Source: Octopus vulgaris
Lineage: Eukaryota
Assembly (NCBI GenBank): GCA_951406725.2
Contig: OX597821.1
Span: forward strand, 38,254,001-38,318,000
Direction of reading: 5' to 3'
Length of the DNA stretch: 64,000 bases
Made by a program: the position numbers and the translations under genes. Position 1 is the stretch's first letter. Each line of letters starts with the position of its first letter. Positions 1-13,120 of the stretch are shown here, piece after piece. The notes below the pieces were generated by a model that did not search any database, was not told the DNA's origin, and saw only the letters and a list, made by a program, of their open reading frames with translations.

Positions 1-2125
1 ATATATATATATATACAGAGAGAAATAGGGAGAGGGAGGGGAGAGAAGAAAGAAAGAGAGATACGAATTTCTATATTACATATATATAAATATGTATATC
101 TGTCTACCTCTTTTGCCTATCTATCTATCTATTTCTGATATACATTATGTATGCATACATATATCATAGTGTGTCATATATATATATGCACAGACACAGA
201 CAAATTTGCAGTTTTCTTTCATATATGTATCTGAATCTGGTCACATGTGTGGTACGTGTGCTTGTACGAGAAATTGAATCGCAGACAAAGTTGATTGTAT
301 TGACTTATACATATAGGCAAGGAAATAAGTTCTTAAATAAAACACAATTTTACATGCGAAGGAATCAACAGAACTGAAGTGAATCTTGACTACTTTTATG
401 CATTTGCATATCACTAAAGCCTTTGAATGTTGCCCTGCAATGGCGGGTGTAGAAATGTATAGCAACTTAACCCCTGTAATCGTCTTTTATAAATAATTAT
501 GTAAATATATTTTTGGACTGTCTTGGCTTATGTCAGTCTTCCCCAGAAGCCCACATCGCATCAACTCATCCTGTTTTTCGATTGACAGCGTATCATATTT
601 CAGCATCTGAGAACTCATTTGTTTTCCTTGACCAGGGTGCGATACACACTAAGAGGTCTTCTTCGCAAGTGTTCACAAATCCATTATTGATCTTGCAATT
701 AATCAACCGCTTAAAAGTTAATCGAATATTCCATCTCCTCAAAATAGTTCCTGCAGAAGTTTTACAATACGCGTCTTCCCTTTTCGTACCAACATATAAA
801 ACTGAATTTCAAAGCCAAACTGTCTGAGTAAATTTAAATGTTAATCTGCTAATTAGGCATTATGAAAATATTAACATGAACTACACCTGTTTCTGAGTGC
901 AATATTATTGTTTAATATTCATTGTTGTCTAAGATTTGTTTTTTGTTGTTATTGTAGTTACAGTCGTACTGATATCGCTTTTGCCAAACGTTGGCTGGAA
1001 TAGAAACGTATGGATATTTCCTTTGCAAATCATGTCTCTCCATGGCATTATACATTTCTAAGAGAACATTTCTATAGATGAAACAGTTTGGTCAACTGGA
1101 CCCCTAAAGGTAGAAAAACGCCATACAGTAGACGCAAAACAATAAAATGCACTTCTATAATAGATTTACTAACGTTTCAGTTCAGGTTTGATGCTTAAGT
1201 TTGACATAAACTTATGCCAGATTTCTGTGAATCAGATATTGTGTCACCCTGGAATACTTTGTTATTTATTTTGTTGGTTTCGTCACTCAACTGGAAATGA
1301 CAATTTAATTGTGTTTTATGATATAAAAATAAAGAGAGCATCGCGTGCACTTTGCATAGAAACCCAGAGAATTAAACTACATATGATTTCTTATTTTTTT
1401 TATATAGAAAAATAGAATTATGCATCTACAATCATGTGTTCAATTAGGTCTCTGTTGGAAGAATTCTTACTACTTATGTTTTTGTTTTATTTCCATTTCC
1501 CCTTTTTTTTATTCTTAATTTCTCTCTACATTCATATTCTCATCTCTTACTCTACACATTCTGATTGAATCTTGCATGCGATAATGTGAACTTCCATCTA
1601 ATCAAGATACCCTTCACCTGAAGAGTAGCCTGCAGTATACACCTCGCTTAGATATTTACCACTTCCGAAGTTCCACTAGCTCTGAATCATATGTAGCCCG
1701 GATCTTATCTACTCCATGCCTCAACTCTTTTACTCTTTTCAGTCATTTGACTGCGGCCAGCCATGGTCTACCATAAAACAACCTTGCTCAGACTTGTCCC
1801 TCGGAAGGTAACTTTCTAGGTGCAATCACGTGGTCATTCATGACCGAAGGGGGTCACAATACAACATATATATGTACATACACGCTTATATAAAGAATAT
1901 AGTATAATTATTTGTTATAATTATAAGTAACTAAAAAATATCAATATACACACGTGTGTATATTCAATAAAATGCTGGAGACTTACTTGAATTCATTTCA
2001 ACATTTCTATTTAACCCTGTAAAGCGTTGATCTCTTTGCTTGCTGATTCGATGACTATACGACTTTACATTTTATATACGTGTTAAATCTGATTCAGGTA
2101 CAATCACATAGGTAGAAATAAAATA

Positions 2126-2135
2126 GTTTTCAGGT

Positions 2136-2166
<31 letters not shown>

Positions 2167-2228
2167 GTTTCCAGATTTTATATATATATATATGTTTCCA
2201 GATTTTATATATATATATATGTTTCCAG

Positions 2229-2264
<36 letters not shown>

Positions 2265-2368
2265 TCCAGATTTTATATATATATATGTATATATATATAT
2301 GTTTCCAGATTTTATATATATATATATATATGTTTCCAGATTTTATATATATATATATATATATATAT
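2126..2368. repeat. Compound minisatellite (TA)n-GTTTCCAGATTT, left part (6 units)
   Basis: Repeated GTTTCCAGATTT cores separated by variable TA runs. Confidence 0.95.
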
Positions 2369-2464
2369 GATTGATTGATTGATTGATTGATTGATTCCAG
2401 TTCCAGCCTATGAGCTGTGGCCATGCTGGGGCACCGCCATTTGGTGTTGCTACTTGGTTTCACT

Positions 2465-5400
2465 TCATGGAGGCTTTCTAGCAACTGCTATTTGGTGCAT
2501 GAGAGAGTTCGATGCAGCTGCCCTCATCTGCCCCTCCTGCCGTGAAGTTGGTTCATCTGGGACACCTGACAGGAAGAGATCCAGCTTCATTTTAAAGACA
2601 TCTGTATCCACCCCATGCAGGTCTCTCAGGTTCTTCGGGAGGATATTGAAGAGCTGTGGGCCTCGGAAGCCCAGGCTATCACAGAATCTTGTCCTACATC
2701 TTGATGGCAGGTTTGGAGTCCTAGGCACCACGCAGTGGCGCCCAGTTCTGGCATTTGTGTAACTCTCGATGCCAAAGTTCAGGACACTTCCCTCCAGGAT
2801 CTTCCAGATGTATATTATGGCATATCTTTCCCGCCTACGCTCCAGGGAGTATAATTTTAATCTCTTGAGTCTTTCCCAGTAGCTTACATTCTGCATAGAG
2901 GCTATCTTCTTTGTGTAGCTTCGTTGGATCGCCTCAAGTTCTGTGATCAACTTGACACTGGATGGTGACCATAGCTGAGAGCAATAGTCAAAGTGGCTTA
3001 GGACAAGTGTCTTCCAGAGGACCATCATGGTTTCTTGTTCTCTTGTTCTAAAGGTGCTAAGAATCCAGCCAGCCAGCCGTCTACATTTCACTGTCAGTTT
3101 AGCAACATGTACATGAAAGGTCGCGTCATCACTCATGTGAATACCCAGGTCACGCACTGATTGTGCCTCTGGGATTGCAATCCCTCCGGGTCCAGTGTAT
3201 TCATTGGGTATTGCATTCAGTTTTGCATGCTGATAGTATAAAGCTTGAAACTTTCCAGCATTGAACTGCATGCTATTCTTTTCAGCCCACTTGTATATTT
3301 CGTCCAGCTCACATTGCAGGTTTTTAGTGTCCTCAGGGTTCTGTATTGCCTGTGAAACTTTTGTATCATCTGCATAACTTGTGATCGTGGATCTCTGCGT
3401 GGCTGAGGGCATGTCTGAGAGGGCCATTATGAACAGTAGTGGTCCCAAAACAGTGCCCTGTGGAACACCACTCATTATTTGCGTGTTAATGGAAGTGGCC
3501 CCATTGGCTACTACCACCTGACTTCTATTCTTCAGAAAGTCGTGAAGCCATTCTCCTAGTTTTCCAACTATGCCAAGATCACGCAGCCTGTGACATATCA
3601 TTCCGTGATCGACTTTATCGAAGGCCTTTGCGAAGTCGAGATATATGACTTCCACATTTGAGTGGTTGAGCAGTTGTTTCAGCACCCAGTCATAGTGCTG
3701 CAGGAGCTGAGTTAAGCAGCTTCTTCCTGGTCGGAAACCATGTTGGGTGTCAGGCAGCAAGTCATTTTCTTCAAGGAAGGTGATTAGTTTCCTTCTGACT
3801 ATTCGTTCCATGACCTTGCTGATGTGTGAGGTCAGAGAGATAGGTCTGTAGTTCTTTGCCTCCGCTCTGCTACCTCCTTTATGAATAGGGCATATTTTAC
3901 CTTCCTTCAGTCCCCTTGGAAGTTTGCCAGCTGCAAGGAAGCTCTGAAAGAGGGACTGCAGTGGTCTTGCTAAGACTCTCTTACATACTTTTAGGAGGAT
4001 TGCCGGGAATCCATCGGGGCCAGTAGCTGAGTCTATTTTCATTTCATCTATAGCCTTTATTACATCGTCTTCCTTTATCTCGATGTAACTTATCGTCGCC
4101 GCCTCTGATTCTATATCTGCAGTGGTAAAGAAGTCAGTTGGATTGCTGATTTGGAAATGCCCAAGGGGTGGAGTGAAAACACTCTTGAATTGTTCATTCA
4201 GTATTTCACTTACCCTCATTGGTTTTCCTGTGAGTGTGCCATCCTTTTCAAGGAGTGGCCCTATCCTACAGTGCACTGTAGCCGTTTCTTTGGCATACCT
4301 GTAGAAAGCTCTGGGGTTAGTTTTTATGTTGTCTATAGCCCAGGCTTCTTTGTCTGCTCTTTCCTTCTCATGGGAAAGTTGCAGACAATTTTCAATTTCC
4401 AACAGTTTTATTTTCAGGCGGGACTTTTCACTACTTTCAATTTGTTTGTTTAGGCGATTTGAAATTTTTGTACGCCGTCTCATTAAAATTTTCCTCTCTC
4501 TGGGGATTTTGTTCTTGTGTACAGTGGCCTTTCTCTCTGGGACACATTTGTAGCATATGGCTTGCATTACAGACATGAATTGTTGAAGTATCATGTCGAT
4601 GTCCGGCGAGGAGAGACATTCAGGCCAGTTTTGTTTGAGGATCTCTTTTCAATTTGTTTCCAGTTTGCCTTATTGAAGTTCAAGCTGGAAAGATTCTGAG
4701 GGTTTCTTGTAGGCTGCATGTCCGTGCTCTCTTTTGGCCCGTACATGGTCAGCTCTACCATGTTGTGATCCGAGAGTAGTGTCGGTGTCATTTTCACATT
4801 ATGGATGAGATCCATATTATTTGTGAAGCAGAGATCCAGTGTGTTACCTGCTCTGGTTGGTTGCAGTATTACTTGCTCCATGTACAGGGTGTTGGTGAGG
4901 TTCAGGAGGGACCTCGCCTGTCCACGTTCACATCTTGTCATTCCTGGGAGAGAAAGGCCCTCGGGCCATCTGACATTCGGTAGATTGAAGTCTCCCATGA
5001 GAAGTACACTTATGTGTTGTTCTAATGTGGTTAGAACTTCTTCTATTTTTAAAAGGCAGTCCTCGAACTTGCCCATATGACTTGGGGCATCTGGAGGGCG
5101 ATATGTAGCACACACAACTACATCAAGTTGCCTTATGTGTACAATTAGTGTGTCACACACCGAGTTTGAGTATGACAAAAGGACCTGGGGTGTGAGGTCC
5201 CCACGGATGTACATAGCAACTCCTCCATGACTCCTTTCTTTCCTGTCGGTCCGTAGTACAACATACTGTGGTATGTGTAATTCCGCATCTGCTATGTCCG
5301 GTTTCAGATGCGTTTCTGTGAGTGCTATGCATAAGGCTTGATTGCATGCGACAAAGTCTCTCAGGAACGGGACTTTTGTCCTGTTACTGTGTGTTAGTAA

Positions 5401-5568
5401 ACCTCTGATGTTCAGTAGGAGCATCGAGGTGAGGTGTATGCTGTTGCCGGCGTTGTCCACCCTGGGTCCATCTGCTGTGGCGGTCTTGTGAACTGTGGGC
5501 AGTTCCATCTGCGAGCCTGAGCCTGATGGAGCCAGGTTAGCTGCTGTACAATCTTTTGTGCCATGCAC
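2465..5568 (-). pseudogene. LINE ORF2 (endonuclease plus reverse transcriptase) split by a single 1-nt frameshift at about 4646-4649
   Basis: ORFs 4591..5568 and 2465..4594. Adding one A to the A4 run gives the continuous reading KANWKQIEKEILKQNWPECLSSPDIDMILQQF. No other stops in the ORF track. Confidence 0.85.
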
Positions 5569-5780
5569 AAAAAAGATTCCTGCTCAGCAGCTGCCCTTTC
5601 AACAACACGTTGGTGGTTTGTGGTACGCACCACATCTGCGTACCTCCGTTTTGGGGCAGGTGATGCCTGGTCCATCCCATTTCCTTTCGGTGGTTGGTTT
5701 CTGTGGCAGGGTCCCGGATGTGCAAAGCGGCAGCCTGCACCTTCCTCTCCATGCCGGCAGGCACCTTTCAGGTAGAACAT
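5412..5780 (-). pseudogene. 3' part of LINE ORF1 with partial CCCH zinc finger
   Basis: [22 protein letters not shown]; the first Cys is lost at the truncation point. Overlaps the start of ORF2. Confidence 0.6.
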
Positions 5781-5827
5781 ATATATATGTTTCCAGATTT
5801 TATATATATATATATATATGTTTCCAG

Positions 5828-5865
<38 letters not shown>

Positions 5866-5870
5866 TCCAG

Positions 5871-5916
<46 letters not shown>

Positions 5917-5921
5917 TCCAG

Positions 5922-5961
<40 letters not shown>

Positions 5962-5966
5962 TCCAG

Positions 5967-6002
<36 letters not shown>

Positions 6003-6007
6003 TCCAG

Positions 6008-6043
<36 letters not shown>

Positions 6044-6048
6044 TCCAG

Positions 6049-6088
<40 letters not shown>

Positions 6089-6091
6089 TCC

Positions 6092-6140
<49 letters not shown>

Positions 6141-6145
6141 TCCAG

Positions 6146-6181
<36 letters not shown>

Positions 6182-6221
6182 TCCAGATTTTATATATATA
6201 TATATATATATATGTTTCCAG

Positions 6222-6257
<36 letters not shown>

Positions 6258-6262
6258 TCCAG

Positions 6263-6301
<39 letters not shown>

Positions 6302-6323
6302 TCCAGATTTTATATATATATAT
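5778..6323. repeat. Compound minisatellite (TA)n-GTTTCCAGATTT, right part (about 13 units)
   Basis: Same unit as 2126-2368, on the other side of the LINE. Confidence 0.95.
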
Positions 6324-7014
6324 AAAGCTACAGTAACAGCCCCCTCCCCAATGTGGTTAGCCATGATAAGATGGCTTCTATACTTTACATTATATATATA
6401 TTGATTTCATCAAAACTGATTACAGCGAATGATTTATATTTGGAATGAATTCTGCGCTGTTTATTTCTGAAACATGAATTATCAAACTATTTTATGCTAC
6501 CAGCAAACAGATATTAACTTTAAATACAATATTTTACTATAGCTGTTTATTATATATAATATTAGCTTTGTTATTGCTACTATTATTTGTGTTGCCGTTA
6601 TAGACAACAATACTAATAACAACAACAATATCTAATAACAATTAAACTGTTTTTCTGTCTTTATTTTCAAATATGCATATGTTTTTTGTTTTTTTTACAT
6701 TTTGAAGTTTTTTTTTTTTTTTTCCAAATATCCTTCATTTTATTTCCGTTTTCCCACCTTCATTCTAATGACTCCTTTCCTTCTTATTTTTTGCTCTAAA
6801 AATTTCCAAATGACAGATAATGAGTCTCGAAAGTACTTCTGCGAAAAATATCAGTCATTTGATTTCACAACAAATGAAGATTAATTTCTCGTAATTATAA
6901 CATTGACATAGATTCTCTTCTCTAAAACATATTTAAGGAGACAATTTTCTGGAATATAATAACTAAATAATTATTTCTTTTCCTTTCTTTCTTTCTTTTT
7001 CTTTCGCTTACTAG

Positions 7015-7146
7015 AGTTGTGAAATGTACTGGACTTTGGATACCTGCGGTGAAAACTATGGACCTTTCATAGTTGAAACAACAGCAGAAATTAAATCTCA
7101 CCCGAGTATTACTGTTCGTGATTTTACTATTACCAACACAAGGAAT
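7015..7146 (+). CDS. Receptor-type protein tyrosine phosphatase, D2-domain exon (first exon found in window)
   Basis: Polypyrimidine tract and CTAG acceptor (7011-7014), GTAAGT donor at 7147. 132 nt, phase 0/0. Translates SCEMYWTLDTCGENYGPFIVETTAEIKSHPSITVRDFTITNTRN (PTP C..YW..YG...V..RDF segment) and joins in frame to the next exon. Confidence 0.9.
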
Positions 7147-7174
7147 GTAAGTTTAATGATTTTCCTATAAATAT

Positions 7175-7583
7175 CTCTTTCTCTTTTACTTGTTTCAGTC
7201 ATTTGACTGCAGCCATGCTGGAGCACCGCCTTTAGTCGGGCAAATCGACCCCAGGGCTTATTCTTTGTAAGCATGGTACTTATTCTATCGGACACTTTTG
7301 CCGAGCCGCTAAGTTACGAGGACGTAAACGTACCACCATCGGTTGTCAAGTTATGTTGGGGGGGGGGGGGGCAAACACAAACACACAAACATATACACAT
7401 ACATATATATATATATATGTACGACGGGCTTCTTTCAGTTTCCGTCTCAACTCCACTCACAAGGCTTTGGTCAGCCCGAGGCTATAGTAGAAAACACTAG
7501 CCCAAGGTGCCACGCAGTAGGAATGAACCCGGAACCATGTTGTTGGTAAGCAAGCTACTTACCACACAGCCACTCCTGTGCCT
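7175..7583 (-). mobile_element. tRNA-derived SINE, family A (about 410 bp)
   Basis: Reverse-complement copy of 49835-50243. Pol III-like head, internal (TA/TG)n tract, tail GGCGGTGCTCCAGCATGG.....CAGTCAAATGACTGAAAC. Confidence 0.88.
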
Positions 7584-7994
7584 ATATAAGTAAACAAATT
7601 TCAAAAGAAACATTAATAATTTTGCCACAAAATAGTGACTGAATATATTAACATTTGTATAACTTATACAGATGTTAAAAATGGAATGAACGACATTATT
7701 TAAAAGCGCTAGAATTGTTTGGACACAAATTGTGTGTATATATATGTGTGTGTGTGTGTATTGCTGTTGATTGTCGGAAGAAAGAGTTCTCATTGCCAAA
7801 ATAGTGATTAATGTGGTTACTTATCTCGAGTCAGTCTCTTACGTGATGACTCTTTGAATACAGACGTGAATTTACAGAGCAGTGAGAGACTGGCTCGATC
7901 TAACTAAAACACATATACATACGTTTCGCTATGAGAGCATTTGTATATTGACTCTACGCTAGGTTATTAGATGTCAATGTCAAATCGAAATACA

Positions 7995-8030
<36 letters not shown>

Positions 8031-8195
8031 TACACACAGAAACAAACACAGAGACACGCACGCAGACACGCACGCAGAGACGCGCACGCAGAGACGCGCA
8101 CGCAGAGACGCGCACGCAGAGACGCGCACGCAGAGACACGCACGCAGAGACACGCACGCAGAGACACGCACGCAGAGACACACACAGACACACAT
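7995..8195. repeat. (CA)n microsatellite grading into a 14-bp minisatellite GCACGCAGAGAC(A/G)C
   Basis: About 10 directly visible tandem units. Confidence 0.9.
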
Positions 8196-8289
8196 ATTTC
8201 GCTGAGTCATTGAGTACTAATAACTTGGTGCACACTTCACTCTACAAATGCTTCAGATCGAAGCGTCAGTTGGGTACAGACTGGTAATA

Positions 8290-9860
8290 ATAAGATGAGA
8301 ATTACAAAGAAATGGCAGAAGTACCGTAGAAACAATACTGCTCTGTCTTTAGTGAGCCCACTGACATTGATACATGGGATCTGAATAAACTCAGTCCTCA
8401 ACACTATTATCTCGGGCATAACTTTTACTGCCTCAAATATCAGAGAAGCAACAAATGAAATCAAGTACTACTCTGCCTCAAGTCCTGACAGATACCCGGC
8501 TACTGTCCTGAAGGAATGTAGACACCGACTTGCAGTCCCTCTAACCAATCTCTGGAGAAAATCATCAGACCCAGGCTTCATACCGAAACAGTTCTTATCT
8601 CAATCTGTCATCCCGGTCATTAAAAAAGGAAACAGGATCCACGCAAACAACTGTCACATAATCTCACTCATCTTCCATATATCTTCAGAGTGTTTGAAAT
8701 GGTGGTGAGGTCTTGATAAATGGCTTCCTGGAGAGCCACAACCTTTTAAATTCCAGCCTCATGACTTTCACTGCGGAAGAGACTGCCTAACAAAGCTCTT
8801 ACATCACATTAATGATATTCTGAAAGCCTTGGGATCAGGTTCGAAATATGTTGTGATATACGTCGACATCAGCAAAGCGTTCGAGAGAGTCAACCACATT
8901 ATCCTCCAATCACAATTGTCAAATATTGTCATCCGTGGATTAAATGTTTCTTGGGGAACAGCACACAACTTGTGATCGGTGGAATCCGCTCAAACCCAGC
9001 AAGTCACCAATGGTGTCCTTCAGCGGACTGTTTGCGGCCCACTTCTGTTTATTGTCTGTATAACCGACTTCTCAGGCGTCATCAAACACTGCAAAATAAA
9101 AAATTTTCGCAGATGTCTCCAAACTTCAGAAAATTATCAATGTAGAAGGAAACCGAACTGAATCCCATTCTGATTTACATGCTGTAAAAGTAAAAAATAA
9201 AATGCAGTTAAATGAGGGAAAATTTGAACTGATGCATTTTGCAAATAACCGTATTCTCTTTCTTCTGGGGAACAATTCACCTAGAATATTGCTGCTTTCT
9301 GTGGTCTCCTCACACCAAATAAAACATTACGAGAATTGAGTCACCCTAGAGGGCATCCACTAAAAGATGGACGACATGACCGATCTCTATTTTTGAGGCC
9401 GCCTAAAAACATTGAATCTTTACTCTCTCCCGCGTTGCCATGAGCGCTACGTTATTTGCACAATGTGGAAAGTATACCACCAGCATTGACGAAAATACCT
9501 TAAAATTAGACACAGAATTTATCCATAGCTGGGGCCATGTGCCATATGCCCTCTACACGATTCAGGATCACAATATACATTCACAGCAAAACAATTTCTT
9601 TTTCTCAACATTATCGCAAAACAAATCAAGGAAAGAAAAGTTCCCACCACCTTCGAACGAAACCTGGATAATTTCTTCCAAGGCATACCAGATAAGCCAC
9701 CTATACCTGAATACATCTTAGTCAACAACAATTACCTACTTGAATGAGCCCATGATACCACAAAACTTGACTAAAAAATGACTTTACAGGTCCTATGAAA
9801 TTGGTGCTATCAAGTTGGACATGGCTTATACTTGGCCGAAATCTATCGAAGTTAAAGGAA
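8290..9860 (+). mobile_element. Old, degraded CR1-group LINE (RT and 3' end), related to the 2368-5780 element
   Basis: Broken-frame remnants SASSPDRYPATVLKEC, DCLTKLLHH, VIYVDISKAFERVNH, VTNGVLQ..GPLLF, LKTLNLYSL. Confidence 0.8.
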
Positions 9861-12185
9861 TAAACGATTTTTTTAATGAAGTTACATCTGTTTCTGCTAT
9901 AAGTTGAGTGCTTGAATAACACGTGATAGTTTCATCGGAGCCTCAAAGATGAACGGCACGTCTGCTTTAATGACACACCTCGAGCTTTGCTGACCAGAAA
10001 CCTGTGCATGGGGAATAGCTAGCCGGTAAGAAATCTGATGTCACGTTTAGAGCCGCCTTAACATCATAGGTACCTAGAAAAAGGGGAGAGGGAGATGGGG
10101 AGGGAATAAGACGACAACAGAAACTGAAAATTGAATTTTAAAATAGGATTCTGACCTGAACTACGAAATCGTCGGTAAGAAAAGCTTGTCTGGCAACTAA
10201 GAAGATTGGAGAAAGTTAAAGACATTGAGAAAAGAAAAACAAAAAATGCCATCATTGAATGAGAAGTCGGGGACTCGAACCTGGGTGCGAATGATCACTA
10301 CTCATAGCAGAATCTATCACACACACACACACACACATACATATATATACTTTTACAATAGCACACTCATACGTATATACATATGTACGTAAGCTTACAT
10401 AAGAACATACATCAAACGCACACGCAAGCATATACACACACGCACGCACATTTCTAAAGATTGTTAGGAGAGAATATATTATAAAATATATTTGTAGCTC
10501 CTAAAATGCTATATATGAATAATTTCCAAATATTCTGGTCAAATTTGTTCTTTGTGATGCTAATAAGCAAGAAAAGAAAAAGAGATCCTTAACAAGAAAT
10601 TTCGCCAAAACTGCATGAATTCTCTTCACAATTTCCTTCGTAGCGTTATAAAGAGATTCTAAAATGTTTGTTAAATGCCGACTGCCTTAAAATGCACTTT
10701 ATACATATTATAAGCACACACACACACACACATTCACACGTACACACACATACACACGCGCACATATGTACGTATCGACGAATCTTTCATATTGGGAAAG
10801 TTATGGCTGCATGATGAAATATAAAGGACACATATATAAAAAAAAATGTCTGAAAACATGCTATACTGTGGGTCTGCCAATGTATTTCAGCAGAAAGATG
10901 ACAGAAATCAAAATAACAATTCAAACAGACGACATTTTATATCGAAAAGAAACAGTGAAGCTATCCAAATATTAGGATTGGGACAGCAATAGTTGTTTTA
11001 ATGAATTATTTTACTGGGATGTGGTTTTCGGGGAGATGACGGCATAGCACAGCATGTGGAGTTTTGAACCCAGAACACGAGAGATGCGGTTAAACATTAT
11101 AATGACAGTCTGCAATACGCTGTTCTTATTAGGAAAAGAGAAAGATACAAGAAGAAATATAGCATCAGTAAGAATATGAATAGAACCAACAACAACAACA
11201 AAAACAAAAACAAGAATAATAATAACATTGTAATCATCTTGAGTTTTCACGTCAAATACATTCCGATTATCTGTAATCGTATTGCGGTTTTATAAGCAGA
11301 CTAGAAAACCACTGACCCATGGCTGTAAAGAATGCTACTAGAACAGTCTCTGTACATATATAATCCTTAAAGGCAAGCAAGACAAACTAATGGAATGAAT
11401 GAAATACAACCCAAAAGCTATCTAGCAGATGTGCCAAAATATTCTCACGGCTCCACTTGAACGTATCGGTAAAATATCTACGTTCAAAGGTTTTCTGCTA
11501 TATTTAGTTGAAATCTAATTAATGCTTAGAATTTCCCATAATCCCCCGGCCGTCTACATTAAAATATTTCCAATCAATATGGGGAAAGCAGACAAAAGAA
11601 GAGAAAAAGGACACAAATCAGTAGAAATCAATAGAAGTTTATATATGTATCTAAGATTGCATGAACTGGTTGCATATGGAGGGGTGTAAGAAATGGCGGG
11701 AGTGTGTGTGTGTGTGTATGTATGTATCCGTAGCTAGAAAGCTAGCATAAATAACTTCGATTTCATTTGTATACACAAATATTCAAACGATACATGTATC
11801 ACTATTCTACTTAAACATCAATATACGTACGAGGTACAAGTATAGATACTTATGGAGACGCATAATTTATGATTATAAATATATATAAATATATGTATGT
11901 GTGTGTCTGTATATATATTTATGTGTGTATATACATACATATAAATACATACGTAAAAGTACATGTATATATACATACATGTACATGTATATGTACATAC
12001 ATAAATAACTCGTACATTGCAAAATGAATCTGTAAGTGGAACGGTAAAAATATGCAAGTTTAAAATCTGACATTGTTTTTGTTATCTACTTTCCAACGAT
12101 AGAGCTTTGTATGTTTGTTAGAAACCAGCTTTCTTCAGAGGAAGAATTTAAATGATTAAAAACAGAAGAGAACATACCACACAAA

Positions 12186-12264
<79 letters not shown>

Positions 12265-12669
12265 ATAGATTATGAGAGGTAATGGTGTCGGTGAGACCCA
12301 AAGGTATCAGGTAGTGCTCAATAAGTGCTATGGATAGAACATAGTTAAGTTCCAGGTTCGGTTATTATGTGAATAAGAGGTCCAACTTAGGGCATATATC
12401 AGCATGTACTTTTAAGATTTATAGTTATTCGAAAATTGCAATTTCATATGATTCCTGACAGTTACTGAGACACACTAAGTGACAATGCCTTCTGTATAGC
12501 TTTGACTAAAATTAAAGACAATATCCTATATTCCCCATTTCAGTTTTGCACAACCTTTAACGGAACTGTATATTATCTATCGTCACCTATTATCACTTCT
12601 ACGAAATCCTCAACAAAGAAAACAATTACGATGAACGCTATAATAATAATAATAATAATAATAATAAGT

Positions 12670-12910
12670 CGATACCAAAGAAATTGAAAAACTTGAGAAA
12701 TATCGGGATCTATTCAGAAAGCTGAAGAGATTGTGGAAAACTAAGACAACTATTGTTTCAACGACAATAGGTGCCCTTAGCGCAATAACCAAAATGCTAC
12801 CTAAAAGACTGAAAGAAATGGAAAATGAAACTGGCATTATCGCCTTGCAGAAAAGTATCGTCTTATATTCTGCAAGAATCCTTAGAAAGATTCTAGAGAT
12901 TTGCGGAGAC
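12670..12910 (+). mobile_element. 3' fragment of a restriction-like-endonuclease (R4/Dong/NeSL-type) LINE
   Basis: EKLEKYRDL..LKRLWKTKTTIVSTTIGALSAI...LQKSIVLYSARILRKIL, directly after a (TAA)n run. Confidence 0.7.
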
Positions 12911-12974
12911 TTGTTGTCAATAAACCTAAAGATAAAATAAACTGTTTATTAACATGTATTAGCTTAATGATAAT

Positions 12975-13120
12975 CCCATCAATTATAGGCACAAGTCCCG
13001 AATTTTTTCGTGGGAGAAGAGGGGAGGGGTGCTGGTCGATTACACGGACCCCAGTGCTCAAATGGTTCTCATTTTATTGACCCCGAAAAGATGAAAGGCA
13101 AAGTCGACCTCGGCAGCAGA
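12975..13120 (-). mobile_element. SINE family B, partial
   Basis: GACCCCGAAAAGATGAAAGGCAAAGTCGACCTCGGC is the reverse complement of the family B core seen at 30113. Confidence 0.75.

Larger units (their letters stand above)
2368..5780 (-). mobile_element. Young, 5'-truncated CR1-group (CR1/L2/Crack-like) non-LTR retrotransposon
   Basis: APE endonuclease (LNIRGL, LTETHL, HGGVA, YRPP, GDFN, LDL, SDH) and RT (NYRPISLTS, QHGFR, YLDFAKAFD, GVPQG, YADD). C-terminal RLKRLKLYSLERRR, short 3' UTR and (TCAA)n tail. Confidence 0.93.

Noticed and set aside
1-2100. Search for an upstream PTP exon (DFW..V...IVML region)
   Set aside because: I found no matching frame with splice sites; it probably lies before the window.
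5778-6323. Regularly spaced GTTTCCAGATTT repeats resembling a CRISPR array
   Set aside because: The spacers are only (TA)n, the context is eukaryotic, and there are no cas genes.
5495-6404. Long ORFs rich in YIYI, and similar ORFs at about 2104-2484, 7954-8235, 33300-33662, 40907-41629 and 45965-46577
   Set aside because: They are translations of TA, CA or GA microsatellites that lack stop codons, not genes.
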